Of a DNA stretch of 64,000 nucleotides, positions 1-11,214 are shown piece after piece. A program made the translations under genes and the position numbers. Origin of the DNA: Octopus sinensis. Lineage: Eukaryota. The notes under the pieces were generated by a model. The model did no database searches. It worked only from the letters and a program-made list of their open reading frames with translations, and was not told the DNA's origin. How positions within the stretch are numbered: the first letter of the stretch is position 1; every line of letters begins with the position of its first letter. Location of the stretch: the NCBI RefSeq assembly GCF_006345805.1, contig NC_043001.1:24800001-24864000 (forward strand). The letters are read 5' to 3'.

Positions 1-1639
1 GCAATTCCAGGTACCCAAAGCATTGCCCAATATATCCCCATACCTTTATAATGTTGAATCGTCACAATTATCACTCCTTAAACAGTTATCAATAAATTAA
101 TTTTACTGGATAATCAGGAGAAACAGAAGAAGAAAAGAAAGAAAATCAGAAGGATTTTATTATATTTATTTATAGAAAACAATACTAAAGATCAAGTTCC
201 ATATCCCAGCCTTTGATTTCCCTAACTGTAGTGGGTATGGATACCCAACTCTTCAGTTGAGAACCACCCGTCTAAGAAATAACTCTGTTCTTGATGTAAT
301 CACTCCACTTATATAAATTAGAATTGATACTTCTCAAGACGGTAGTAGCTGATGTGAGATAGTAGTAACTAGTGTAAACCAAGTCAGCACTGTAAGCTAA
401 CTACTATTATAGATTTAGTTGTCAGAGAGTAACTGCTGTCCTTAAGTTGTGGTTTGATACTTTTGCTTCTCATTTTACCTCCAATATTTTGTTATGCAAA
501 CTTGCATCTTTTAGTTGACACATGTTTGAAGAGTGGGCTTCAAAAACTGAAGCGCTGCCAAGTTTTCCCAAATGAGAAAGTTATTCACCTGGCTGGAATT
601 GTCTTCTGAATGGTAATGAATATAACACAACTGTTGTGGCAGTATCATAACAGAAATAATACACAGTCACTTTGGTAACAGTCTGATCATTTTCAGTATC
701 ATGTTCCATTTTCGAAACGTTGTTGATGCTAAATGTAAGAGCACTTTTCTTTCATCCAATAGTTTTTTATTGGTAATATAGTGTCTGTATATCCTAATTT
801 TCACTGGAAATTAGTTTTAGATATTTTTTAACTATAGTTTCAATTTCTATGATAAATATAACTTCAGAAGAAAATTTTACAGTTACCAATTCAATTACAC
901 TCACAAAGATTTTGTTCTTCGTTTTTCATTTTTTTTAAATACAATTATTAGTTGCAATGACACTTAAGCCTGGGGCTCGAAATAAAAAGCATAATTGATA
1001 AGTGCCTCATAGCTTCACATTATCACTTCATTATCTAATTACTTGAAGCCTTTCTTTACATATGTGTGACCCATATTTCAATTAATCTTTTTATTTTTTA
1101 CCTTTAGTTTCTTCTAAGTGTTATAGTTTTCACAGACACATATATTTCTGACATTTCTTGTTGGAATAACTAATTTCACTGGATGCCCTTGCTACTGTTC
1201 TCTACACTACCATGAAATTAGACTCGTAAACATTTAGTAGTAAGTAGAACAAGTGAGTCAAAGAAAATAATTATTGTTTTTATTATTTCTTTATTTGAAA
1301 GTAGTGAGTTGGTAGAATCATTTGGGCATGTTTAGCACTGTTTCTTTCCAACTCGTTATGATCAGAGTTCAATTTCCACTGAGGTTAACTTTGCCTTCCT
1401 TCCTTTCGGGATTGATAAATTAGGTACCAGTTAAGTACTAAGTCAATGTAATTAACTAACACCCTCCCTCTAAAACTGCTGATTTTGTGCAAGAATCAGA
1501 AACAATTATTTTTTTATCTGGCAGAAGGCTCTAAACATACATATAATTCAAAATGTGCCATAGAAAAGGATTCCAAAATAACAAACAATAGAAAATCAAC
1601 CATAATCCTCTTATTTTTTCTATCCATTCAACAAATCCT

Positions 1640-1850
1640 GGTGATTTCTTTGACAAGTACTCACCTCTCTGATTAGTTTTAAGGCAATTCTCAGCAGGTA
1701 ATGTGTAGATTGGTTTCCCATCCACTGTTTTATATCATCAAACCACTGCTGACACAGTCTCTCACGTGGATACATTTGCCCAGAATAGCACCGGCAGCAA
1801 ATATGACCAATATATGTTATATTCCAATTGCACAGCATTCAGCAGACTTG
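1640..1850 (-). mobile_element. Decayed RTE-like non-LTR retrotransposon C-terminal fragment
   Basis: Minus-strand translation YIGHICCR...QQWFDDIKQWMG resembles the RTE ORF C-terminal Y/FGHI.R...W.DDIK.W motif; frameshifted. Confidence 0.5.
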
Positions 1851-1944
1851 GAGTACTGCCCACTTTGCTGTTGGATGTATGTGTTGATTTTGCCCACCCT
1901 TAAAGGGTTAGAAACTGCCACCCAATAACTCTGATCACCTTCAA

Positions 1945-2135
1945 ATCCAAGCAGTCCTTTTTCTAGTCTTTATATTTCCAAATCAACTTCACCTTTCATT
2001 CCCTGGGGGTCATTAAAATAAAGTATTAATCTAGTGCTGGGGTCTATGGTATCAATTAAAACCCACCTCTCAAAATTGCTGGCCTTGTGCCAAAAGTTCA
2101 AACAATTATTATTATATTATTATTATTATCATTAT
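1945..2135 (+). mobile_element. Diverged SINE family C copy with (TTA)n tail
   Basis: Similar to the C-family core CCTTTCATCC..GGGGTC.ATAAAATAAGTACC and 3' GGCCTTGTGCC; ends in attattatt. Confidence 0.55.
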
Positions 2136-2458
2136 TATTATTTCTATTTCACTTCTTAGTGCTCTCAGTTTCTATGAGAGCTGACAACAACCTTTTGTCA
2201 AAGGTCTCACAGCGTCTCTTTCCATGCTACTTAATACCCAAGTACCAATTTCAACATCTTCTCTATCCCCAATGAAGCAGTTTTCTAAACATATTCTACT
2301 CAAATAGAAACAAACAGGGTAAAAATAATAGATGTTTAGGAACATCTATTATTTTTACCCTGTTTGTTTCTATTGTCAATATATAATCTTCTTGCTTTAA
2401 CAATGTAGTCAGACTTTGTGGAATAGTAATAATAATAATAATAATAATTATAATAATA

Positions 2459-2733
2459 CTACTTGAAAATGATACCAGGCTTACCATCCCTACTGGAAGT
2501 GCAAAAAATCGTGTTCACTGGAACGACTCATGTACTGAGAAGAGCATTATCGCTGTGAAAACAACATCCATTCATGAATTTCTTTATTTATAAATTTTTT
2601 TAGATACATATTTTACCTGTTAATTTGTGTGTGTAATCTAGGAATGCATACAATGAGCTTCTCTGTCCTAGGTGTAAGGAAAACACTGGGCAAGAAATGG
2701 AAGAAAATTTGAAGAAAGAAATGGATAAAAAAC
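2459..2733 (+). mobile_element. 5'-truncated R4/Dong-like non-LTR retrotransposon 3' end inserted in (TAA)n
   Basis: Encodes EVQKIVFTGTTHVLKRALSL*, matching the LQK..L.GT..IL..VL terminus of restriction-like-endonuclease LINEs. Flanked by TAA tracts on both sides (~2425-2458 and 2734-2753). Confidence 0.75.
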
Positions 2734-2753
2734 AATAATAATAATAATAATAA

Positions 2754-3107
2754 TCCTTTCTACTATAGGCACAAGGCTGGACTAATCGATTACATTGACC
2801 CCAATGTTTCACTGGTACTTAATTTATCAACCTCAAAAGGATGAAAGGCAAAGTCAACCTCAGCGAAATTTGAACTCAGAATATTGCGACAGGCAAAATG
2901 CCACTAAGCGTATCACCCAACATGTTAATGATTCTGCCACCAATAATAATCAGGGTTTCAAATTTTGACACGAGGCTAGTAATTTTGGGAGAAGGGGTAA
3001 GTTGATTATATCGGCCTCATCCTGAAAGGATGAAAGGTAAAGTTGACCTTGGCATAATTTAAACTCAGAACGTAAAGATGAATGAAATGTCACTAAGCTT
3101 GCAGCCT
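2754..3107 (-). mobile_element. Two adjacent SINE family C copies
   Basis: Reverse complement of the C-family core (aaaggatgaaaggcaaagtcaacctc...tttgaactcagaa) occurs twice. Confidence 0.7.
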
Positions 3108-3121
3108 TAATAATAATAATG

Positions 3122-3154
<33 letters not shown>

Positions 3155-3220
3155 TAATAATAATAATAATAATAATTGTCAAAACGAAGAGTGCGATTTG
3201 ATTGTAAGATATTTTATTAG

Positions 3221-3263
3221 TTGAACAATATTTCAACAGTACACCAGTCTTTGTCAAGTTCAA
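3221..3263 (-). ncRNA. Minimal type I hammerhead-like motif, U3-A8 variant (left arm)
   Basis: Minus strand reads TTGAAC-TTGACAA-A-GACTGgtgtaCTGTT-GAA-ATAT-T-GTTCAA: perfect 6-bp stem I, short stem II, palindromic ATAT stem III. Confidence 0.45.
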
Positions 3264-3334
3264 AATAGGTGATAAGAATTCAAAATAAAATAAGATTAAG
3301 TTTCTGTAATTTTGAATTTTTATCACTTCTTATT

Positions 3335-3377
3335 TTGAACTTGACAAAGACAGACGTACTGTTGAAATATCATTCAA
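3335..3377 (+). ncRNA. Minimal type I hammerhead-like motif, U3-A8 variant (right arm)
   Basis: TTGAAC-TTGACAA-A-GACAGacgtaCTGTT-GAA-ATAT-C-ATTCAA; 5-bp stem II, one mismatch in stem I. Confidence 0.45.
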
Positions 3378-3979
3378 CTAATAAAATATCTTACAATCGA
3401 ATCGCACTCTTAGTCTTGACTGTTTACCTTTGTGAAGAGTTACGTCAATCCTTTTTGAAAATATAATAATAATAATAATAATAATAGTTACTCCTGAAGC
3501 TTTAGCAGCAGCAGTTATGTTACTATGGTGGAAATCAGAACCAAGTATTTAATTAACATAAGCAAAAACAGTATTAATTCCTCAGCAAAAACACCTGTAA
3601 TCTGTATTCTCCAGCAGGTGTATTTTATATCTGGAAAATAATGACAATAATAGGGATTCTCAGAAGAAGATATATGGATGTGAAAAACAGTTATTGGTAA
3701 ACTGAGCAATCATTTGAAAAAAAGGAAAAGAAAAAGACAGAAACACACCTCTAAGGAAGGCATGGATTGATTTAGCAAGAAGTCTTTGAGAGAATTATAG
3801 CACACTCCTAGAAATAAAAAGAAACATTATATGTAACTGAAGTAGCTCCGATACTAAGGTATTATATCAAGTATGACACAGCTAAACAGGAAACATCAAT
3901 AACACTGCATACTAAAAAGAAGGTGATAAAAACTCACCCTCTTTCCAAGAAGAGGAATTTTTCAGGGAAAATCTTTATA

Positions 3980-4150
3980 GGCGCAGGAGTGGCTGTGTGG
4001 TAAGTAGCTTGCTAACCAACCACATGGTTCTGGGTTCAGTCCCACTGCGTGGCATCTTGGGCAAGTGTCTTCTGCTATAGCCCCGGGCCGACCAATGCCT
4101 TGTGAGTGGATTTGGTAGACGGAAACTGAAAGAAGCCTGTCGTATATATG

Positions 4151-4181
<31 letters not shown>

Positions 4182-4394
4182 TTGTGTGTCTGTGTTTGTT
4201 CCCCTAGCATTGCTTGACAACCGATGCTGGTGTGTTTACGTCCCCGTCACTTAGCGGTTCGGCAAAAAGTGACCGATAGAATAAGTACTGGGCTTACAAA
4301 AAGAATAAGTCCCGGAGTCGAGTTGCTCGACTAAAGGCGGTGCTCCAGCATGGCCGCAGTCAAATGACTGAAACAAGTAAAAGAGTAAAAGAGT
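3980..4394 (+). mobile_element. SINE family A, full length (tRNA-like head, internal TA/TG microsatellite, AAGAGTAA tail)
   Basis: GGCGCAGGAGTGGCTGTGTGGTAAG A-box-like and GGTTCAGTCCC B-box-like motifs; more than 15 homologous copies in the window. Confidence 0.9.
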
Positions 4395-4561
4395 ATACTC
4401 ATTTCTTTTCTTTCTAGCTCTGGTACCATAAACAAATTTGCTGAATCAAATCATCAGTACTTAGAAGGCTTTGGACAAAATATAAGAAACCTTATGTCTG
4501 TGGATGATTTAGAATTATATCTAAGTGATGACACTATGTTGGAGAAGCTTGAAAAAACTGT

Positions 4562-4770
4562 ATTCTTTTATTCTTTTATTTGTTTCAGTCATTTGACTGG
4601 GGCCATGCTGGAGCACTGCCTTTAGTCAAGCAAGTCGATCCCAGGACTTATTCTTTGTAAGCCTAGTACTTATTCTATCGGTCTCTCTTGCCGAACCGCT
4701 AAGTGACGGGGACGCAAACACACCAGAATCGGTTGTCAAGCGATGTTGGGGACACAAACACAGACACACA

Positions 4771-4819
<49 letters not shown>

Positions 4820-4988
4820 ATATACGGTGGGCTTCTTTCAGTTTCCGTCTACCAAATCCACTCACAAGGCTTTGGTCAGCCTGAGGTTATAGTAGAAGAC
4901 ACTTGCCCAAGGTTCCACACAGTGGGACTGAACCCGGAACCATGTTGTTGGTAATCAAGCTACTTACCACACAGCCACTTCTGTGCCT
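4562..4988 (-). mobile_element. SINE family A, full length
   Basis: Reverse complement of 3980-4394. Confidence 0.9.
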
Positions 4989-5710
4989 ATGTATATAGAT
5001 TTTGCAGTGATATCAAAGAGATGAAATAAAAACTGAAGTCAGAGAACAGATCACAGTCACCTATACAAGTACTCAGAAATAGATGAAACAAGGATATATG
5101 AAGGAGAAATTAAAACTAAACTTAATATCTGAAATACGATTATAGGGATAAATACCCTAGCCATTCCAGTCTAACTACAGCTTAAATAATAAACTGGAAA
5201 TTAAGTGAAGTGAAAGCCTTGATGGAAAAACCAAGAAGATTACTTTCTGTGTTCTAAGCCCCAAATTTCTAAAGTCAGTATTCTTAGAATAAAATCCATC
5301 TTACTCATGAGAAGAAGGAAACCTGATACAAATACAGAAGAAAAGTTATTAAGTAACTGTAATGAGTTTCGGAAAATACTTAGAAGCTAAAAAAGAAAAT
5401 AGCTTGATTAGCATGAAAAAATTCATTTATTTTTCTTTCTGTGTAAGGAAACAATAAACTAAAAGCTAATTAGTCTGATAAAAAGTAAGAGAAGAGGTTA
5501 AAGCAAAAAAACAAAAGAAGATAATATAAATATAAACTAAAGTAAAAATAGAAAGAAAAGCCTTTCCATAATCAGTTTATGTAAGACTAGGTAGGAGAAA
5601 ATGAGCCAATATGAAAGTTAGTAATTTCTTCTTCACTAAAGGCAGAAACAGAAGGTCTGATGTCAGATGCTCAATGTCAATGATTATTCAAAAAAGAAAA
5701 GAAAACTACC

Positions 5711-5876
5711 AGGCATGGCTGTGTGGTAAGTAGCTTGCTTACGAACCACATGGTTCCAGGTTCAGTCCCACTGCGTGGCACCTTGGGCAAGTGTCTTCTA
5801 CTTTAGCCTTGGGCTATAGTGGATTTGGTAGATGGAAACTGAAAGAAGCCTGTTGTATATATGTATGTATATATAT

Positions 5877-5941
<65 letters not shown>

Positions 5942-6130
5942 CTGTGTCTGTGTTTGTCCCCCCAACGTAGCTTGACAACCGATGCTGGTGTGTTTACGTC
6001 TCCGTAACTTAGCAGTTCGGCAAAAGAGACTAATAGAATAAATACTTGGCTTACAAAGAATAAGTCCTGGGGTTGATTAGCTCGACTAAATAGCCGCAGT
6101 CAAATGACTGAAACAAATAAAGGAGTAAAG
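5711..6130 (+). mobile_element. SINE family A
   Basis: Homologous to other A copies. Confidence 0.88.
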
Positions 6131-6299
6131 GCTTATAACTTTACTTACAGTCTAAATACAGAATAAACCCACATATATTTATTCTACTCAGTCACTTCCC
6201 AAAGCTATAAATGCTTCCACAACAAGCAAAAACAGCACAACAACTTATATACAAAAGCAAGTTAAATATAACACAAACCTTCCAAGGAGAAAAATGTGC

Positions 6300-6500
6300 A
6301 TCATCATCACCACCATTTCCATTTTAGCATCTACTTTTGCATGCTTAGACGGGCCAGACGAAGTTTATTGAGGCAGATCTTCTGCAGCTGGTTTCCTTTC
6401 CTGACACCTACTCTCACCTGTTTCCAAACGAGATAGTATTTCTTCATGGCCAGACATGATTTGCAGAACACTGGAAATGAATGAGACCATTTGTATGACA
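6300..6500 (-). mobile_element. Diverged RTE-tailed SINE-like fragment (family M relative)
   Basis: Reverse-complement similarity to 32880-33030 (ggaaacaggtgagggttgg...gcatggaaa...gatgatg). Confidence 0.5.
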
Positions 6501-6646
6501 GTAATACTCATTTACAGCTTTCATTCATGCAATGTCAAGAGAAGAAAGCACAAGTATACACACACTCACACACATATACACTCACACACATTTCAGTATT
6601 TGATAATGGCCTTATACACACACACACTCACACACACACACATATA

Positions 6647-7412
6647 CCGGGTGCAATGGGTAAATTGTTGTCATTTTATAATTTTAATTTTGCACATGTT
6701 TGCTTTTGATTTTGTCAACTACACAGTATAGTAGGGTCAGTCGGGCACTGTCTGTATAAAAAACAGCACCATGATGCAGTTTACTCTTCCAGAAATTTGA
6801 AAACGACATGTTGTACTGCTTGGTATTCACACCGGAAGCTCCAATAATGAACATTTCAGAGCATTTGGGTGTCAATCTTAGGACAGTGCAGAGGATTTGG
6901 AAAGAGTTGGATGAGTCTAATGCTGATTACGAAGGTACGGCAAATCAGAAAACTCACTCTGATCATTCTGATAAGAAAAGAACTCCTGAATTAGTTGGTG
7001 AGATCCACGCTATGATTGACAACGATCCCTCCAAGTCAATCAGGCCCATTGCCAGGGATAAGGAAGTGTCTAAGTTTCTTACCAGGCAGGTAGTGCATGA
7101 AGGCATTCGGTATTCCTCATACAAGATGAGAAAGGGCCAATTTTTATCCCGAGCCATCAAGGACAAGAAGAAAGCTTTTGAACAAAGCTTTTGAACAAAC
7201 TTAAGCATCCTTCTCCACAACCAAACATGCTTTGGTTTTTTTCATATTACAAAAGTTTCTGCCAGGATCAGATGATGAACACACAGAACAAATGTTGGCT
7301 TGCTGTGTCCCCAAAACATGTACCAAGACTGATAAAATCAAATATCCAGTCAACATCATGGTGATTTGGCATGATCAATAGTGATGGCAACGTTATGCCT
7401 CCACTTCATTTC
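6647..7412 (+). mobile_element. Tc1/mariner-superfamily transposase remnant (maT/DD37D-like), 3'-truncated
   Basis: Begins TA|CCGGGTG. ORF 6808-7194 has an HTH-like N-terminus (ISEHLGVNLRTVQRIWKEL...SKSIRPIARD...RYSSYKMRK). Downstream frameshifted sequence resembles the LWFFSDEK...QN.RWLA...KHP..IMV catalytic-domain start. Confidence 0.8.
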
Positions 7413-8347
7413 ACATTGCTCCAGTCCACTCAGCTGGAAGAAATGAGTTATCCTGCAACAGACTAGCATCATGTCCAGGGAGGAATATATATACCAGAGA
7501 AATTCTGTGTGCGTGTGCATGTATATATATATATATTATATATATATATATATTTAAAATATATATATATATATATTTAAAATATATATATACAGAGAGA
7601 GAGAGGGATGTCTATTTAAAAGTTGTTATTTTAAAGCAATTTTAAAAATGACAAATAAGTCATTTACTGATATGGGAAGACTCAACGTCAAAAGTAGAGT
7701 CAAATTCATAAAATCTCTTTGACTGGGATTTCTAAGTTTTACATAATTGCCTATTCAATCAGCCATCAGGTGAAACTTAATGTTCCAGTCAAAACTAACG
7801 ACTACGACAAAAATGATTGCAGCAATGGTAACAGAAGAGGTAGTGGTGGTGGTGAGTGTGTGTGTGTTTAAATTTTAGTCAAATGCTTTTGCTGCTTTTG
7901 TGTTCAATTTCTATGTATAGTCACTTGGTTAGGTCAACATTCAGTATTTTTGCACCACAAATAAATCATTAAAGATTTATTTTTACAGATCAATTTTATA
8001 AATTTTTATCCACATTTATATTATATAGATTTTTTTTACTTCACATACAGACATTTTTCTATCACTTATTATTTCTGTTCATTTCTCATCTGACAATCAT
8101 TTCCTGAATAGTTGTCAATTAAAGGATATCACCTTTAATTTTTTTTTAATTTTCAATACTTTATATCATGTTTCATCTGATCATAGGGAATAATCTGTAA
8201 TTTGCTTCCTCTCATTTTTTTTTCTTTCTCTTCTCTACTTTCATCATCTCTACTTGTTAAAATACTATTTGACATTCATTTTAACACCAGTTTGTGACAA
8301 AGAAAAAGATAAATGTGCTCACTGAATGGACTAGTAAGGAGTCGAGG

Positions 8348-8736
8348 GTGGAGGCGCAATGGCCCAGTGGTTAGGGCAGCGGACTCGCAGTCATAGGATC
8401 GCGGTTTCGATTCCCAGACCGGGCGTTGTGAGTGTTTATTGAGCGAAAACACCTAAAAGCTCCACGAGGCTCCGGCAGGGGATGGTGGTGATCCCTACTG
8501 TACTCTTTCACCACAACTTTCTCTCACTCTTACTTCCTGTTTCTGTTGTACCTGTATTTCAAGGGACCGGCCTTGTCACTCACTGTGTCATGCTGAATAT
8601 CCCTGAGAACTACGTTAAGGGTGCACGTGTCTGTGGAGTGCTCAGCCACTTACACATTAATTTCACGAGCAGGCTGTTCCGTTGATTCGGATCAACCGGA
8701 ACCCTCGTCGTCGTAACCGACGGAGTGCTTCCATCC
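8348..8736 (+). mobile_element. SINE family B with 12-bp target-site duplication
   Basis: tRNA-like head GGCGCAATGGCCCAGTGG...GGTTTCGATTCCC; TSD aaggagtcgagg at 8336-8347 and 8737-8748. Confidence 0.9.
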
Positions 8737-8987
8737 AAGGAGTCGAGGAAGCCATATTTAGTTATCATTGATTAGCACAATTGTGCTTTGGCAACAGCAG
8801 CCAATCAGAGCTGGTTGTGGACCTATAAAAGCAGCAGTCATCAGAACAGCAAGAGCATCCTTTTTTTGCAGTTGGTCACCAGAAGACCTCGACACCACAA
8901 CCATCAGTGAACAAGGCAATAGCTGGTGGTATGAAAGCTGGTATGAGATGTCAAGATCTGCCCACTATCAGTTGTGGAAATCTGTCT

Positions 8988-9374
8988 CGAGCTGGCAGAA
9001 TCGCTAGCACACCAGGTGAAATGCTTAGCGGTATTTCATCTGCCGCTACATTCTGAGTTCAAATTCCACCGAGATCGACTTTACCTTTCATCTTTTCGGG
9101 GTCGACAAACACAGACACACAAACATATACACACACACATATATATATATATGTGTGTGTGTATATGTTTGTGTGTCTGTGTTTGTCACCCCAACATATA
9201 TGCATATATATTACAGGCTTCATTCAGTTTCCGTCTACCAAATCCATTCACAAGGCTTTGGTCGACCTGAGGCTATAGTACAAGACACTTGCCCAAGGTG
9301 CCATGCAGTAGGACTGAACCCGGAACCATGCGGTTGGTAAGCAAGCTACTTACCACGCAGCCACTCCTGCGCCT
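8988..9374. mobile_element. Junction of a truncated plus-strand SINE C and a truncated minus-strand SINE A
   Basis: C sequence stops at ...ggggtcgac (~9105) and continues directly into A-family sequence aaacacagacacac in reverse orientation. Confidence 0.75.
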
Positions 9375-9964
9375 ATTAAAGACTTAAATTACATATGTGT
9401 ATATTGCTCATCAAGCAGGCCACTGTGACAACTTTTACCATTCTCATGTTGTCTCTCTTATTTCTAAAATATTACTTTTCTTTGATAATTGGTAATCTTT
9501 TAAGCTTTAATATTCTCTTCAGTCCATTTTTTTTATCTTGCTTTTAACTCCTGTCTGAGGCCTCTGGTATATAATGCACTTGATTCTTCATCATTTCACA
9601 CTCCAATTTCACTAAGATAGAGAAATGCTTCAGGTGTTAAAAATAAGGTGATTATAAACAAATCCAGCTTAATCTAATTTTATTTCTCTGTGATTTGACA
9701 TCTTAAGTGCTGGTGCTAAGTGTAGCTTTTTTTTTCTTTCTTAATCATTTGAAGTTCTAATGTTTGTGAAGATTATACACATGGCTAATTCTCTCCTTTT
9801 TTTCTTTACAATGAACCCAATAAGTGCTTGTGTATGCTATAAAATCATCTGCTCTGCTTTAATTTTCACCCTCAAGAACTGAAATTTTGTGATTGTTGAT
9901 ATACAAAATAAACATAACTAAAATTATGGTATGAGGTGGAGAAAGAATACAGTTTATCTCTTTA

Positions 9965-10160
9965 TTCTATTCTTTTACTTGTTTTAGTCATTTGAGTGTG
10001 GCCATGCTGGAGCACTGCCTTTAGTCAATCAAGCAAATCGACTCCAGGACTTATTCTTTGTATGCCTGGTACTTATTCTATTACCAAACCACTAATTTAC
10101 AGGGACGTAAACACACCAGCATCAGTTGTCAAGCAATGTTGGGAGGACAAACACAGATAC

Positions 10161-10227
<67 letters not shown>

Positions 10228-10396
10228 TATATACAACGGGCTTCTTTCCATTTCCATCTACCAAATCAACTCACAAGGCTTTGGTCAACCCGTGGCTATA
10301 GTAGAAGACACTTGTCCAAGGTGCCATGCAGTGGGACTGAACCCAGAACCATGTGGTTGGTAAACAAGTTACTTACCACACAGCCACTCCTGCACC
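9965..10396 (-). mobile_element. SINE family A
   Basis: Homologous to other A copies. Confidence 0.9.
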
Positions 10397-10419
10397 TTAT
10401 TTGTGATTTTTTTTTTTTG

Positions 10420-10830
10420 TTCCAGCTACACCCACCTACCTTATATAATATGGGCTAGCCATGTAGTTCATCTATAACAAGACAACTTTGCTTGTCCCAC
10501 TGTCATACTTTAGTTTCTCAGCACCTGACATAAAGCCACCTTCCACTCCCAAATACTCCCACCCACACACGTACACTTAGTCATGGAGACTTTTTCCCTT
10601 GTTCTTATTCTGTCTTGCAAGTTATTTGATAATTTCACTCGTGCTGGTGGCACAATAAAAGCACCCAATACACACTGTAAAGTGGTTGGTGTTAGGAAGG
10701 GCATCCAGTCATAGAAACCATGTCAAATCTGATACTGGAGCTTGACACAGCACTGCAGCTTATCAAACCTTGTCAAACCATCCAACTGATGCCGACAAAG
10801 AAAACAGACATCGAATTGTGATGGTAGTGG
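10420..10830 (+). mobile_element. Long RTE-tailed SINE-like element (family M, extended 5' part)
   Basis: Contains GTGGTTGGTGTTAGGAAGGGCATCCAG; the extended 5' part is also found at 45120-45520. Confidence 0.6.
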
Positions 10831-10834
10831 TGGT

Positions 10835-11050
10835 GCTGTTGTTGTTGTTGTTGTTAAGCAACAAGACAGCTAAGGGTGATTAGGTGATGGTCTAGGGCTT
10901 AGGGGCAGGAGACCCCAGACCTTGGAAAAAAAGAAAACTTTGGTCATCTTGTTGTAGACAAGGGCTCTTTTTTGACGTCCGACACCACTGGGAGGTGGCC
11001 CTCAAAGTCGCTGGAAATGGAGATCTCCGGGTCCAAGTTCTTGAACGGCT
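10835..11050 (-). mobile_element. Probable LINE 3' end with (AAC)n tail, clade unassigned
   Basis: GC-richer segment ending in aacaacaac on the minus strand; no diagnostic domain seen. Confidence 0.3.
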
Positions 11051-11214
11051 AGTGGTGGTGCTGGTGCTGGTGTTTTTCTAGAAACAACTGTTCATTTCAT
11101 CTGGAAGAACATCTAACTGAGAAGTACTTGAAGGCATCATGTATGGAAGAATATTTGTATTTCAAACTTTTTTTAATCTAAGCCAGCATTGAAACATTTG
11201 GGAAAGCAAATAAC

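Larger units (their letters stand above)
3177..3421. repeat. Fold-back element, ~110-bp imperfect inverted arms with ~20-bp spacer, within a (TAA)n tract
   Basis: Arms are reverse complements; the ORF track gives near-identical peptides on opposite strands (3093-3326 minus, 3269-3466 plus). Confidence 0.85.
3487..5700 (+). mobile_element. Decayed R4/Dong-like reverse transcriptase region interrupted by nested SINEs
   Basis: Ordered RT-like motifs: AWID (~3770), NLMSVDDLELY (4490-4520, YMDDLKLY-like) and GINTLAIPV..YSLNIINWKLSEVKALD.KTRRLL (~5145-5250, frameshifted). Begins right after TAA tract 3463-3486. Confidence 0.75.

Noticed and set aside
1-420. Possible LTR at the window start
   Set aside because: No partner LTR, PBS/PPT or internal ORF seen; left unclassified.
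3980-4055. tRNA-like A/B-box sequences at many positions
   Set aside because: They are SINE heads followed by family-specific bodies; no complete cloverleaf gene is supported.
3962-4220. Recurrent peptides such as YQIHSQGFGQPEAIVEDTCPRCHAVGLNPEPCGW in many ORFs, suggesting a gene family
   Set aside because: They are translations of the antisense strand of SINE A copies.
4418-4559. Convincing-looking AG/GT-bounded 142-nt open exon (SGTINKF...LEKLEKT)
   Set aside because: It contains LMSVDDLELY, the YMDDLKLY catalytic motif, and lies in order between other R4/Dong RT motifs. It is retrotransposon sequence whose apparent splice sites come partly from flanking SINE tails.
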